A stretch of DNA of 64,000 nucleotides from an uncultured Chloroflexia bacterium (GTDB lineage Bacteria > Chloroflexota > UBA6077 > JACCZL01), in NCBI GenBank assembly GCA_963765765.1, contig CAVXYC010000001.1, positions 256,001-320,000 on the forward strand, written 5' to 3'. The position numbers were made by a program, and so were the translations under genes. This document shows positions 21,022 through 32,052 of the stretch, in pieces. Numbering within the stretch: the stretch's first letter is position 1; each line of letters opens with the position of its first letter. Under the pieces are notes generated by a model. That model ran no database searches, had not been told where the DNA came from, and saw nothing but the letters and a program-made list of their open reading frames with translations.

Positions 21022-22030
21022 GCCGAGGCAAAAGCGTCCATGCACGCCGCGACTTTCTGCGCGCCCTGGGCATGCTGACGGCCGGAGCCGTGGCCGGCTG
21101 TGAGTTTCCGCGCTTGAGTCCCGCGCCTCCTCTGAAGATCCATCGTGTGGGGCGACTCGCGGCCACGCTTCCCAATCCGACGACCGACGCTCTCACGGCC
21201 GTGTTTCGAGAGGGACTGCGGGATCTGGGCTACGTGGACGGCCAGAATCTCATCATAGAGGAGCGATACGCCAGCGGCGTCGCCCAGTTAGCCGAGCCGG
21301 CCGCGGAGCTGGCGCGGCTTCAGGCCGAAGTGATTCTGGTCCCGTCTATCAGCGATGCGCGCGTCGTGTTATCCGCGGCGCCCAGCATGCCCATTGTCAG
21401 CGCAGGCGCGGGTGATCTGGTGGCCGGCGGGCTCGCGGTCAGCCTCGCCCAGCCAGGCGGCACCGTCACCGGATTCAGCACTCCGGACCTTACCGGAAAG
21501 CAGTTGCAGCTATTCCAGCAGGTGCTGCCGGGCAATCAAGCGAATCGCAGTTCTCACTGATCCGGCGATGCTCTCTGACTCGCAACGCGCTCAGTATGAG
21601 ACCGCGGCGGCAGGGCCTGGGACTGCATCTCGACGTTGTGCGCGCCGCAAACGCCGAGGCGTTGGAGCCCGCGATCGAGGAAGCGGTCCAGAGGCAGGCA
21701 GAGGGTCTGTACGTCGTTGGAGGACCGATGTTCGCGGCGAACCAGGAGCGGATTGCCGATTTGATAGCGCAAGCAGGCTTGCCCGCTACGTGGTTCCAAA
21801 CCGAGGCTGTCAGTCGCGGCGGCTTGATGAGCTACGGGGCCAACCGCGCCGACTTGCACCGGCGCGCGGCAACATTTGTGGACAAGATTCTCAAGGGCGC
21901 GGTGCCTGGCGAGCTGCCCATTGAGCAGCCGACCGTGTTTGACTTCGTAATCAACCTGAAGACCGCCCAGGCCCTCGGTCTCACTGTCCCCAGGTCCGTG
22001 CTGGATCAGGCCACCGAGGTGATCGAATAA
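21018..22030 (+). CDS. ABC_sub_bind Tat lipoprotein, copy D (frameshifted)
   Basis: [43 protein letters not shown]. Confidence 0.85.
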
Positions 22031-22079
22031 GCTGGCTTGCTTCTCTTCCCATTGGACAGCCGAGTTCTGAGTGATTGGA

Positions 22080-22893
22080 CTATGCGGGCTTCCGAGCGAC
22101 GGCCAGGATGTGAGCACTCAAACCCAGGAGACTCCGCTCGGCCTCTACGGCACGCGCGGCTCTGAGCACGCTCTCCTGCTGCAGCGGGTCAGTCCAGCGT
22201 TCTTCCATGAGCCAGCCTGGACCTTCGATCCCGAGCAACGCTTCGAGCTGGAGTCCTGCTTCGCTCACTTCAACCGCGAGCTCCTCTGGGCGGTGGAAGT
22301 AGGCCGTCGTGAACCACTCGGGGTGCAGGTCCAACCGGGCGTTCCGATGCTGCCCTTCACGGAGATCGCGCTCCACCATCTGAGAGAAATCTGCATCGAT
22401 CAGGACGCCCCGCCGCAGTCCGTCGAGCAAGGACGCGAAACGAGAGATGCTCACCGCCAGAACACGCCCCGACGGGCGGACCACGCGTTTCGCTTCGGAC
22501 AGGGCCATAAGCCGCTCCGCCTGCTCGGTCAGGTGGTACAGCGGTCCCATGAGCAAGACCGCGTCATACGAGTTGTCGGGCTCGTCCAGGCTGCGCGCGT
22601 CACCGATGGCCGCGGTGAAAGGATTCTCGGGCTGGGCCCCCGCGGCGACTCGTGCCTGCTCGATGTGCAGGGCCACGGGATCGACAAGGCGCACTCGGTA
22701 ACCCTCTCGGGCGAGCCACGCGGCATAGATTCCCGCCCCGCCCCCAACGTCGAGCACGCTGGCCGGTGGCGGAGGTAGAAAGCGTCCCAACAGCTCATTG
22801 GAGCGAACGAGCTCCAGATCCCCGGGGATTGTCTCGGAGTCGGTCGCGCTCTTGAGCGAGATCGTAGTACGCGCGAATCTCTGGGTCGAGCAT
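22080..22893 (-). CDS. Class I SAM-dependent methyltransferase (one frameshift near 22825)
   Basis: MLDPEIRAYYD start, VLDVGGGAGIY motif I, GPLYHL. Confidence 0.88.
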
Positions 22894-23417
22894 GGTCTTA
22901 AGGTGAGTCTAGCAAGCTCTTTGTCCTGGACTGTGAGTCTAGTGTTAGCAGTGGAGGGAGTCTGGGGCGTGATCCACTCGTAGCACGGGTCCTTGTGCCC
23001 TGTGCCTAGAGGGCGATGAGCGGGGTCGGCACATAGCTGGTGGTGATCCAGACACAGGCCACAAGGATCCGTGCTACTGTGATGATCCGGTGGATCGGTT
23101 CCTTGTTTTGAACAGTGTCAACCGAAGAAGGGCGATTCCTGAAGACCAGTGGGCCAGCGACCTTCGCTAGCATCGCTGGCTCACTGGCAATGAGTCGATT
23201 GTGCGAGGGGCGTGCCTGGCGCCCGACGGCGAGAGACACCCGGGGTGAACACTCAAGCCTGCCTCCCTAGGTCCATGACCACTTACCGCGTCAAGCTTAG
23301 CCGGCCATGGCCGTATACTCAGTCTCACGTCGCAGGCTCCGTGCACGTTGGGTGAGCCCGCCTCAACCGCCGAGTGGAGCGGGAGCCGAAAGGTGGACTG
23401 CCATGGCACCCGAACGC

Positions 23418-23833
23418 GTGAGGCATCCTCGCCCTCAGTTCCACCAGGGTGGTCTGGCTGTCGCCGGTGCGGGGCTCCTTTCCGCTGCGGTGTGGCCCTA
23501 GGCCCGGCTGTGCAAACAGCGCTGCCTTTCACGGCGCCAGGATCCACAATTAAGGTTCACCGCATAGCCTGTCTCTCAGGCGCCGGGCCGAATCCCGCTG
23601 GGGAGGCCCAGATGGGCGCGTTTCGAGAAGGCATGTTGAACCTGGGGTACGTGGAGGGCCCGCAATCTGCTCATCGAGATTCGGCACACAAGCAGTGGTG
23701 AGTCTGCTCCGGCGGCGGCAGAGCTCATCGCCTTAAAGCCGGATGTGATTCTCGTGTCTGGTGTCTTTGTAGCAAGCGCAGTAAAGGCGGCCACCAGTAC
23801 GATTCCCATCAAGCGACCGAGGTGATCCAGTGA
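23418..23833 (+). pseudogene. ABC_sub_bind copy E, internally deleted
   Basis: N-half (AFREGMLNLGYVEG...AVKAATSTIPI) fused directly to terminal QATEVIQ*; Tat motif degraded. Confidence 0.8.
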
Positions 23834-24816
23834 ATCGCCGTCGATTCTTGCTGACCGCAAGCGCCGCCAGCCTGGCCATGATGGCCGGGTGTGCGCCCGG
23901 CCTATCGCTCGGCCCAACGCCGCCGCGAGTGTATCGCGTTGCCCGTTTGGCCAGTACTCCCCAGAACCCCACCGGCCAGGCGCTCGCCCAGGCGTTCCGG
24001 GATGGAATGCGCGACCTGGGATATGTGGAAGGCGAGAATCTGATTCTCGAGGAGCGCTACGCCAACGATATACCCGGGCTGACGGAGCCGGCTCAGGAGA
24101 TGGTCAGCATGGGTGTGGACGTCCTGCTCGTCTCGGGGGGCTCGGATGCTCGCCCCGTTCGGGCGGTGACTTCAACAATTCCGATAGTGACAGCGGGTGC
24201 TGGTGATCTGCTGGCCACTGAGCTGATAGCCAGTGCCGCGCGGCCTGGAGGAAACGTCACTGGCCTCAGTACGCCGTCGCTGGCGGGCCGACAGATGCAG
24301 CTGCTCCAGGAGTCGATCCCCGGCCTTACCCGTCTTGCGCTCCTGTTTGACGCGAGCAATCCGACGTTTGCCCGTGAACCCTTCGAGGCGGCCGGTCGAG
24401 GCCTCGGTCTCCAGATCCAGTTCCTGGGTGCACGGGATCCGTCTGACTTCGAGCCGATCATGACGACCGCCGTGCAGGAGCGGGCGACGGGCTTGTTTGT
24501 CGCCGGCAGCGCCATGATCATGGCCAACCATAGGCCGATCGCCGAAGCGGCGCTGCGCCACGGACTGCCGACAACCTGGGTAGAAACCGACGCCGTGGGC
24601 AGAGGCGGGCTTATGGGCTATGGCTCGAACCGGCCAGCCCTGTTTCGCCGAGCGGCAGGATTTGTCGACCGGATCCTCCGCGGCGCCAACCCGGCGGAGA
24701 TGCCCATAGAGCAGCCGACGGAGTTTGACTTCCGTATTGACATGCGGACTGCCCAGGCGCTCGGCATTGTCATTCCCGCCGCCATCCTGGCGCAGGCAAC
24801 CGAAGTGATGCAGTGA
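23830..24816 (+). CDS. ABC_sub_bind Tat lipoprotein, copy F (intact)
   Basis: NRRRFL, AGC, RPGGNVTG, IEQPTEFDF, QATEVMQ. Confidence 0.92.
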   Translation: MNRRRFLLTASAASLAMMAGCAPGLSLGPTPPRVYRVARLASTPQNPTGQALAQAFRDGMRDLGYVEGENLILEERYANDIPGLTEPAQEMVSMGVDVLLVSGGSDARPVRAVTSTIPIVTAGAGDLLATELIASAARPGGNVTGLSTPSLAGRQMQLLQESIPGLTRLALLFDASNPTFAREPFEAAGRGLGLQIQFLGARDPSDFEPIMTTAVQERATGLFVAGSAMIMANHRPIAEAALRHGLPTTWVETDAVGRGGLMGYGSNRPALFRRAAGFVDRILRGANPAEMPIEQPTEFDFRIDMRTAQALGIVIPAAILAQATEVMQ

Positions 24817-25811
24817 ACCGTCGGAGACTTATAGCGGCAGGTGGCTTGGCGACGTTGGGCTTGCTCTCAGGTTGCGGCCTGGAGCGTCTTTCGACGTCGC
24901 GACCCATGCAACAGCGGCGGCTGGCCTATTACTCGAACAACCTGGCATCAGACTCTGATGTCTCTGGGTTCATGGACGTGTTTCGCGACGCCATGCTTGA
25001 CCGGGGATACGCGGAGCGTCAGAACCTGGTCATCGAAGAGCGATATGCTAGTGGAGATGGGCAGGCGGCTGAGTTCGCAGAGAGCATTGAGCGGTTCAAG
25101 CCTGAGGTCATTGTGGTGCCGGCGGCCACCGTGGCTCGCGCCGTCCATGCCATCACCACGATTATCCCGATAGTCAGCATCGGTCAGGGTGACCTCGTGA
25201 CCAGCGGACTGGCGGAAAGCCTCGCGCGGCCCGGCGGGAACGTTACGGGCCTGAGCTATTCCCGCTACTGGCCGCTAAGCCACTCGAGCTGCTCAAACAG
25301 ACTATCCCAGCCCTTCAGCGGGTGGCCGTACTCTTCGATGCGACGATCGTCACTCCAGCGCAGACCCTCTATGAATCGGCCGCGGCGAACCTCGGTGTGG
25401 AGCTTCGATTCCTGCCAGTCAGTGGCTTGGCTGACTTTGAGCCTGTCTTGCAGGCCGTCGCTCATGATCGGGCCGGAGCTGTCTACGTCCTGAGCGGTCC
25501 TGTATTCGGCACCGCCGGTGCACAATCGCGAATCTGTGACCTGGCGCTTCAGCTCCATCTACCTTCGATGTGGCAGCTTGCCGATGCCGTTACGCGTGGC
25601 GGTCTCATGGGCTACGGGCCGAACCGAGCTGACATGTTCCGACGCTCCACCAGTTATGTGGACAAGATACTTAGAGGCGCCAATCCGGCGGATCTGCCCA
25701 TCGAGCAGCCGAGCCTCTTCGACTTTGCTATCAACATGAAGACTGCTCACGGCGATTGGGATAAGCGTTCCTTCAGGCGTTCTGGCTCAGGCAACGGAGA
25801 TTCTGCAGTAG
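24813..25811 (+). CDS. ABC_sub_bind Tat lipoprotein, copy G (frameshifted)
   Basis: [44 protein letters not shown] at 25811. Confidence 0.85.
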
Positions 25812-25865
25812 GAAGCACCGACGGTGTCTATGGGGATGGGCAGCCGGGGCGCATCGATGAGAACG

Positions 25866-26002
25866 ACCCCACCCCAGCCCTCCCCGCTGCGGCAGGGAGG
25901 GAGCCGGATCCAGAGGAAATCTGGCTACGCAGGGAAGCCGCAGCACCAGAAATCCCTAAACACGCTCCCTCCCTGCCGCAGCGGGGAGGGCTGGGGTGGG
26001 GT
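25866..26002. repeat. REP/BIME-like inverted pair (39-bp perfect IR)
   Basis: ACCCCACCCCAGCCCTCCCCGCTGCGGCAGGGAGGGAGC at 25866-25904 and its reverse complement at 25964-26002, between convergent genes. Confidence 0.85.
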
Positions 26003-26031
26003 TCCCTCAAAGCGCCTTGGTATCGACCGGC

Positions 26032-27793
26032 CTAGGACCCCGCGGCCTTGATGTTCTGTACGTGGGTCCATGTGCCGCTGATAGAACCGGGGAAGACGTA
26101 GTCGCCCACGATCTTCGGGTCTACCACAATCTCCGCAGGCAGCCAGTACAGCGGCATGGCCAGGTGCTTCTCAAATGTCACCGTACCCACCTTGCGCCAG
26201 AGCTCGTCCTGAAGCTTGAGGTCGAGGGTGTTGCTTATCTGATTGACGGCAGCGTCGAGCTCTGGGTCCTCAGTACCGCTTCCGCGCGGACCGCCGCCCC
26301 AGTGGTAGCCGATCATGGCGGCCATCAGGCCTGCGCTCGTGCCGCGCACCTCGTAATGGTTCGTGAAGCCGTGTTGCCGGGCCCGATTGCGAATCTCACC
26401 TGAGTCCATCGTCACCATCTCCGGCGTGGCGCCCACCGCGCGGAAGTAACCACCAATGGCGTCCGCGACGTCCTCGGCGCCAGAGTAGAACGGCAGCGGC
26501 TGAACGAGGATGTTGGTGTTCAGCGGCCTGCTGGGACCGTAGCCTGCCTCGGCCAAGAGCGCTCGAGCCTTGGCGGGGTCATAGCCATATTCCTCAGGGA
26601 AACGCTGCTCCCAGCTGGGGTCCCAGCCCGCGCGTGACGGATGGAAATGATCAACGATCATTGGCTCACCCTTGCCAGCGAAGAAGGCTTTATTCATCTC
26701 ATCGCGATTGATGGCTTTGTCCAGCGCCTTACGGACGCGAACGTCCATAAGCGGGCTGTCGGGGTACTCCCAGCCCGCGGCCGGATCCTTGGGATCCTTC
26801 TGATAGCAGCACATCATGCTGAGAAATGTGCGAAGGCCTGGAACGTTCCCACGTAGCACTTTGAAGCCGCGGCCCTCCGCCTGCTGCAGGAGGTCCTCTG
26901 GCAAGGTGGCAAGCTGCACTTCGCCTGCTTGAAGGGCGGCAAAGCGAGTGGATGATTCAGCGCGGAAGCGGAATTCGAATTCTGGGAAATCCGGTGTGGC
27001 GCGCCAGTGCTGATACGGGACGCGCTCGTATCGGATAAATTGCGACTGCGTCCGCTCCTTGAATTGATACGGTCCCGTTCCCGCCGTAGGAGCTGTCTGC
27101 ATGGTGGGCTCGCCGGCCTTGTCAAAGTGCGCCTTGCTACGGATCTCGAATCCGCTCTCAGATTCCGAGAGGAGCTCCAGGAATGTGCCATCGGGACGAG
27201 TCAAATGAAAAATGACTTCATAGTCATTGACGGTCTCAATGTCCTTGAGAACGCCGCGCCAGTAGGGCGCGTTGCTGGCAAATGAGTCCTGTTTGATGAC
27301 GTCTTGCCAGGAGAAGACAACGTCTTGCGCGGTGAATTCGCCATTGCCGCCATGGAACTGCACGCCGCGGCGGAGCTTGAAGCGGAATGATTGACCGTCC
27401 GGCTCAAGGCTCCATTCCGTGGCAAGCTGCGGCACGAGCTTGCCCGTCTCCTGATCCAGGCCGACGATGTACTCATACATCGGGCGCATCGGCCAGGTAT
27501 CGGGCTGCTGGAGCATGCGGATTGAGTTGTTCTCCTGGCGTGCCGGGACGGTGGCCATCACCACTCGTTGGACCGCCCGGCTGCGCCGCGGGCTGCGATG
27601 CTGGCGCGGCAGGTGCGACCGCGCCGGGTGATGCGGCGGCCGCGGGAGAGGCGGCAGTCTTAGGCGCCGCCTCTGTCTTCGCAGGCGCCTGAGTTGGCGT
27701 GGGTGCGGATGGTGAACACCCGGCAACAATTGCCAGCGCCAACATGAGTGGCGGAAGTAAGCGAACAAATCGTCCGGGATTGCCAAAAGCCAT
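26032..27793 (-). CDS. Family 5 (peptide/nickel) ABC substrate-binding lipoprotein (frameshift near 27570)
   Basis: VAGC lipobox plus PA linker; PQLATEW, FKLRRGVQFH, GTGPYQF, DVRVRKAL..AINR, YDPAKARALLAEAGY. Confidence 0.88.
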
Positions 27794-28059
27794 AGGGGCG
27801 AGCTCCGAGGTGAAGACTGCGACCGGCGGGAAGGTCACGTGCAGTATGAGGCATGTTCTGCCCGTGATACTCGAATTATCGTCGCGGGAACCGCCCTCAT
27901 CCTCTCGGCTCGGCCCCCAGAGGGCCGCCTCGCGGACTCTTCTGCTCCGGTGGCAACGGTGCCCGCCGACGGCCCTTTGGGGCCGGCCGACAGGATGTCG
28001 GCGGTCCCGGTATCGGCGCTTGGGTTGACGGAAGCCGAACCATCGCCCATACTCGCGCC

Positions 28060-28503
28060 ATGCTGGATCGACGCACACGCATCGGTGCTTACGCGGTATG
28101 CCAGGACTCAGATGGGCGCATTCTGCTGTGCAAGTTCGCCCCGGGATTCAGCCTCTCCGGGCGCTGGACCTTGCCTGGTGGCGGCATTGAGTTCGGTGAG
28201 GACCCCGTCGACGGAGTGCTCCGTGAGCTGGAGGAAGAGACCGGCCTGGTCGGTCGAGTCCAGGAGCTAGTGTCCGTAAGCTCACGCATGGCCGTGGTGA
28301 ACGGTCGACGTGGTCCTTACGATCTGCACAGCGTACGGATCATCTATCGCGTTGAGATCGTCGGCGGAACGCTTCGCTACGAGATCAACGGTAGCACCGA
28401 GCTGTGTGAATGGCTGCATCCCAGTGAGGCCGAGTCGCTGCCGCTCCTGGACCTGGCCGAAATTGGTATCCAGCTCATCCGCAAGCCAGTCCCCATCGCT
28501 TAA
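28060..28503 (+). CDS. NUDIX hydrolase
   Basis: Nudix box GGGIEFGEDPVDGVLRELEEETG. Confidence 0.92.
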   Translation: MLDRRTRIGAYAVCQDSDGRILLCKFAPGFSLSGRWTLPGGGIEFGEDPVDGVLRELEEETGLVGRVQELVSVSSRMAVVNGRRGPYDLHSVRIIYRVEIVGGTLRYEINGSTELCEWLHPSEAESLPLLDLAEIGIQLIRKPVPIA

Positions 28504-28608
28504 GCGCGCACGCCAGTCCTCGTCACCTAAGCCGCGATCCGCAGCATCCAAGAGCCTCAGGTCACTCTGTGTCCACCGCGCCTGACTACGAAGACTCTCG
28601 CCCGACTG

Positions 28609-29856
28609 CTACCGCGACAGCCGAAAGATGCTGGTCACGCTGGCGTAGTAAATCGAGCCATCGGGCGCGACGGTAAGGTCCAGCCTGCAGCCCTGCCCAT
28701 CCTGACCGCTGACCACCTGCTCCACCCGCTCGACTTTCTTGAGGTCCGGGCGACTCAGAACGGCTCGGAGGAGGTTACCCGTATTGACCGAACAGAAGAG
28801 CACGTCACCAGCGTACTCCGGGAACATGCTTCCCTTATATACACGCAGGCCGGTGATGCCCAGGCGGTCCACGCCGGATTCCCAGGCTGGATCCACAAAG
28901 CGCTCGTCGCCCCCTGTACATTCGACTACAGGATTGCCAAAATTAGCGCCCGGCTGGACGACGTTGAGCTCGTCACACATGTCGGGCCCATTGTCGGTGA
29001 GCCACACATCTCCGGTGTCCGGTTGGATGTCCAGGCCATAAGGGTTCCGCAGGCCGCTGGCGACGATGAACGACTTCGGGTCGGGTTTCTCCTGCATCGC
29101 CTGCTGCACGTCGAATCGCAAGACTTTGCCATTCAAGCGATTCGGATTCTGCGCATCGCGCCTATCAGCATCACCCTGGTCGCCAAGCGCGATAACCATG
29201 CTGCCGTCCGCCGCGAAGGACATCTTGCCGCCAGTGTGACAGCACTTGCCCGTGGGGAGATTGTCGATGACAGGTGTCTCTGAGTCCGCGACCCCATCAT
29301 GCTCGGTCCAGCGAGTAACCCGATGTCGACGCGGACGATCAGCCGTGTCACCGGATCCTCCCTGCGTGTAATAGGTATAGAAGTAGTGATTCGTGGCGAA
29401 CCCCGGGTCCAGCACAAGTCCGACCAAGCCATGCTCGGCGCCCCGAGAGATCCCTACCGAGGCAACGGGCTTCTCCTGCACCACGCCGTTGGCGCGTACT
29501 CGCACCGCGCCCTTCTTGACCTCGACAAAGAAGATGCGACCATCAGGCGCAATCGCCAGCGACTGCGGCAGGATGAGCCCGTCCGCGATGAGCTCAGAAC
29601 GGAGGCCCGCGACCGTGGTCGTGGGCTGGGGACGAGGTGTGGCGGTGGGTTGACTACCGGGCTTGGCGCCCTGGGTTTCTTCCTCATTGTCGATCTCTTC
29701 GACGAGCTCACTGGCGGTTTGTGTGGTGGGCTGAGCGGTTGGAATCGCCGGAGCCGTTGTGGGAGCAGCCGTCGGTGCGACAGTGCACGCCATGACCGTC
29801 AACAACAGGAGGCCCAGCCCGGCGCGCACCGCGCCTCCCAACCAGCGGTAATTCAA
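28609..29856 (-). CDS. PQQ-dependent sugar dehydrogenase (GSDH family) lipoprotein
   Basis: EHGLVGL, HTGGKM, LNGKVLR, GLRNPYG, DNGP..CDELN; TTG start with AAAGGA RBS. Confidence 0.88.
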   Translation of the reverse strand: MNYRWLGGAVRAGLGLLLLTVMACTVAPTAAPTTAPAIPTAQPTTQTASELVEEIDNEEETQGAKPGSQPTATPRPQPTTTVAGLRSELIADGLILPQSLAIAPDGRIFFVEVKKGAVRVRANGVVQEKPVASVGISRGAEHGLVGLVLDPGFATNHYFYTYYTQGGSGDTADRPRRHRVTRWTEHDGVADSETPVIDNLPTGKCCHTGGKMSFAADGSMVIALGDQGDADRRDAQNPNRLNGKVLRFDVQQAMQEKPDPKSFIVASGLRNPYGLDIQPDTGDVWLTDNGPDMCDELNVVQPGANFGNPVVECTGGDERFVDPAWESGVDRLGITGLRVYKGSMFPEYAGDVLFCSVNTGNLLRAVLSRPDLKKVERVEQVVSGQDGQGCRLDLTVAPDGSIYYASVTSIFRLSR

Positions 29857-30160
29857 TCGCTTATTCCTTTGATCCAAAAACCCAGGATGACGGGAGCCTT
29901 CGCCCGAGCCCACCAATGATAAACGGCTCACCAGAGGGAGCGGTTCGGGAAGAGCTCCTGATGCTCTTGAGCAGGTCCCTGTTCGGGCCCGCCTGGGGTC
30001 ATTCTCATTGAGAATGCTTCCAGGCGAAGTTATCGTGCAGCGCGCTGGCCCGGACGCACTCGGTTCCGTCCAATCCGCTGCTATCATGCCGTTCTATCCG
30101 AAGCAAGGCAGTTCGGTGCCAATAGCCGCGTTCGGGACAGCGTGATCGGAGCGCCTCACG

Positions 30161-31383
30161 ATGGAGATTCAGGCCCCTAATAACTCCACCGCTCAATCAC
30201 CGAGTTCTGTATTCGAGGTCCTGAAGGCCGCCACACGTCTCGGACTGACTTCCTTTGGTGGGCCCGTTGCGCATATCGGCTACTTCCGAGAGGAGTACGT
30301 CGTGCGCCGCAAATGGGTGGATGAGTCTACCTACGCCGACCTCGTCGCACTGTGTCAATTCCTTCCAGGTCCGGCCAGTAGCCAGGTCGGGATTGCGCTC
30401 GGGATCATTCGCGCCGGCCTGCCGGGGGCTTCGCGGCCTGGCTCGGTTTCACCCTCCCGTCCGCCTTGCTGCTCATCGCGTTTGCTTACGGTGTCCAGTT
30501 TATTGGCGATAGCAATCTCGCCTGGTTACACGGACTCAAGATTGTGGCTGTCGCGGTGGTCGCGCAGGCCGTTTGGGGGATGGCACGCACGCTGGCTCCT
30601 GACAGAGAACGCGCAACGATAGCGATTCTGGCTGCCATCGCCGTGCTCATCTGGCCCACCGCCATGGTTCAAGTGCTCGTTATCGGGCTCGGGGCGATCA
30701 TTGGCTGGCGCTGGCTTGCACAGAACGCTGTCCCGGCGCCGCCTCCAATACTTCGTCCAATGAGCCGACGCCTTGCCATCGCGGCCTGGGTGATCTTCTT
30801 TGCTCTACTCGTGACACTGCCGCTCATGCGGGCAGCCACTTCTAATCAAGCAGTGGCGGTGTTCGACTCATTCTTTCGAGTCGGCTCGCTCGTGTTCGGG
30901 GGAGGACACGTTGTCCTGCCCTTGCTCCAGGCTGAGGTCGTGCCGCCAGGGTGGGTCACCAACGAGCAATTCGTGGCTGGATACGGTGCAGCTCAGGCTG
31001 TTCCCGGGCCCCTGTTCACGTTTTCCGCGTATCTCGGCGCAGTCATGACACCCGAGCCGAATGGTGTGACTGGAGCCACCCTGGCACTCGTTGCCGTGTT
31101 CGCTCCGTCGTTTCTTATGGTTATCGGCGCTCTCCCGTTCTGGGAGAGTCTTCGCCGACGTGAGGAGTTTGTAAGCGTTCTTCGAGGAATTAACGCCGCC
31201 GTGGTAGGTCTATTGCTGGCAGCCCTCTATAACCCGGTCTGGACCAGTGCCATTGGCTCCGCGGCTGATGTAGCCCTGGCACTGGGCGCCTTCTGCCTAC
31301 TTATGTTCTGGAAGACGCCGCCGTGGCTGGTCGTTGTGCTGACTGGGATCGTAGGCGCTGTTACGGCGACGAATCGTGCTTAG
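30161..31383 (+). CDS. chrA: Chromate efflux transporter (frameshift near 30430)
   Basis: LGLTSFGGPVAH, CQFLPGPASSQ, GSLVFGGGHVVLP, AQAVPGPLFTF. Confidence 0.92.
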
Positions 31384-31486
31384 GCATGAGCTAAGCCATG
31401 CGTCGCTTATGCATCTCAGGCCGACTCCAGGTGCCAACTCGGCCTGAAGCGACTGCCCGTCGCCGTTCTGCATCCCGAATTCGTGC

Positions 31487-31711
31487 CTACACTACCGAAC
31501 GCCCTGCCATCCTTTCGCTTCCGATCTGGTCAATGGACTGATCCACATCCATGTCCATAAAAATGGGCTGCTCCTTGCCGTCTTTCTCAAGGAGGTAAGG
31601 AGTTGCGTTAAAGACGATGCGGGTGCCGCCAGACTCATTAGGAACGGCCCAGGCAACGTTCTCCAGGTTGACGAGAACTGGCTTTCCCGATCGCGTGAAC
31701 TCATTCATCAT
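31487..31711 (-). CDS. Small hypothetical protein (74 aa), weakly FlbD/SwrD-like pattern
   Basis: AAGGGG RBS; FTRSGKPVLVNLENVAW...TRIVF...VDQSIDQI pattern. Confidence 0.55.
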   Translation of the reverse strand: MMNEFTRSGKPVLVNLENVAWAVPNESGGTRIVFNATPYLLEKDGKEQPIFMDMDVDQSIDQIGSERMAGRSVV

Positions 31712-32052
31712 TTGGTCGCCCCTTTCGCGCCCTGCGCATCCAGCAACGCTATCTGGACCGATCTCCAAACCCGTCCGGCGTTGCCGTGGTGTGGATGTGA
31801 CGGCATGTGCAAGGGTGATGCCACGGCCACCGAGGCCCTTCCGGGTCTCCAGCCGCGTCATGCAGGAACGACTGTCCGCATGTAGCCGTTGACGAGCAAG
31901 TCGGGAAATCGATAGGTTCAAGGCCACGCCGCACGACAACGCGGTAAAGTTCTTCGCGTCAATTCGCACACATAGATGAGAAGATCGAGCCGGCGCCCGA
32001 ATTGACCCGTGGTCAAGCGAAGTGTGCCGCTCATTCCTGAGAGGTTAAAGCT

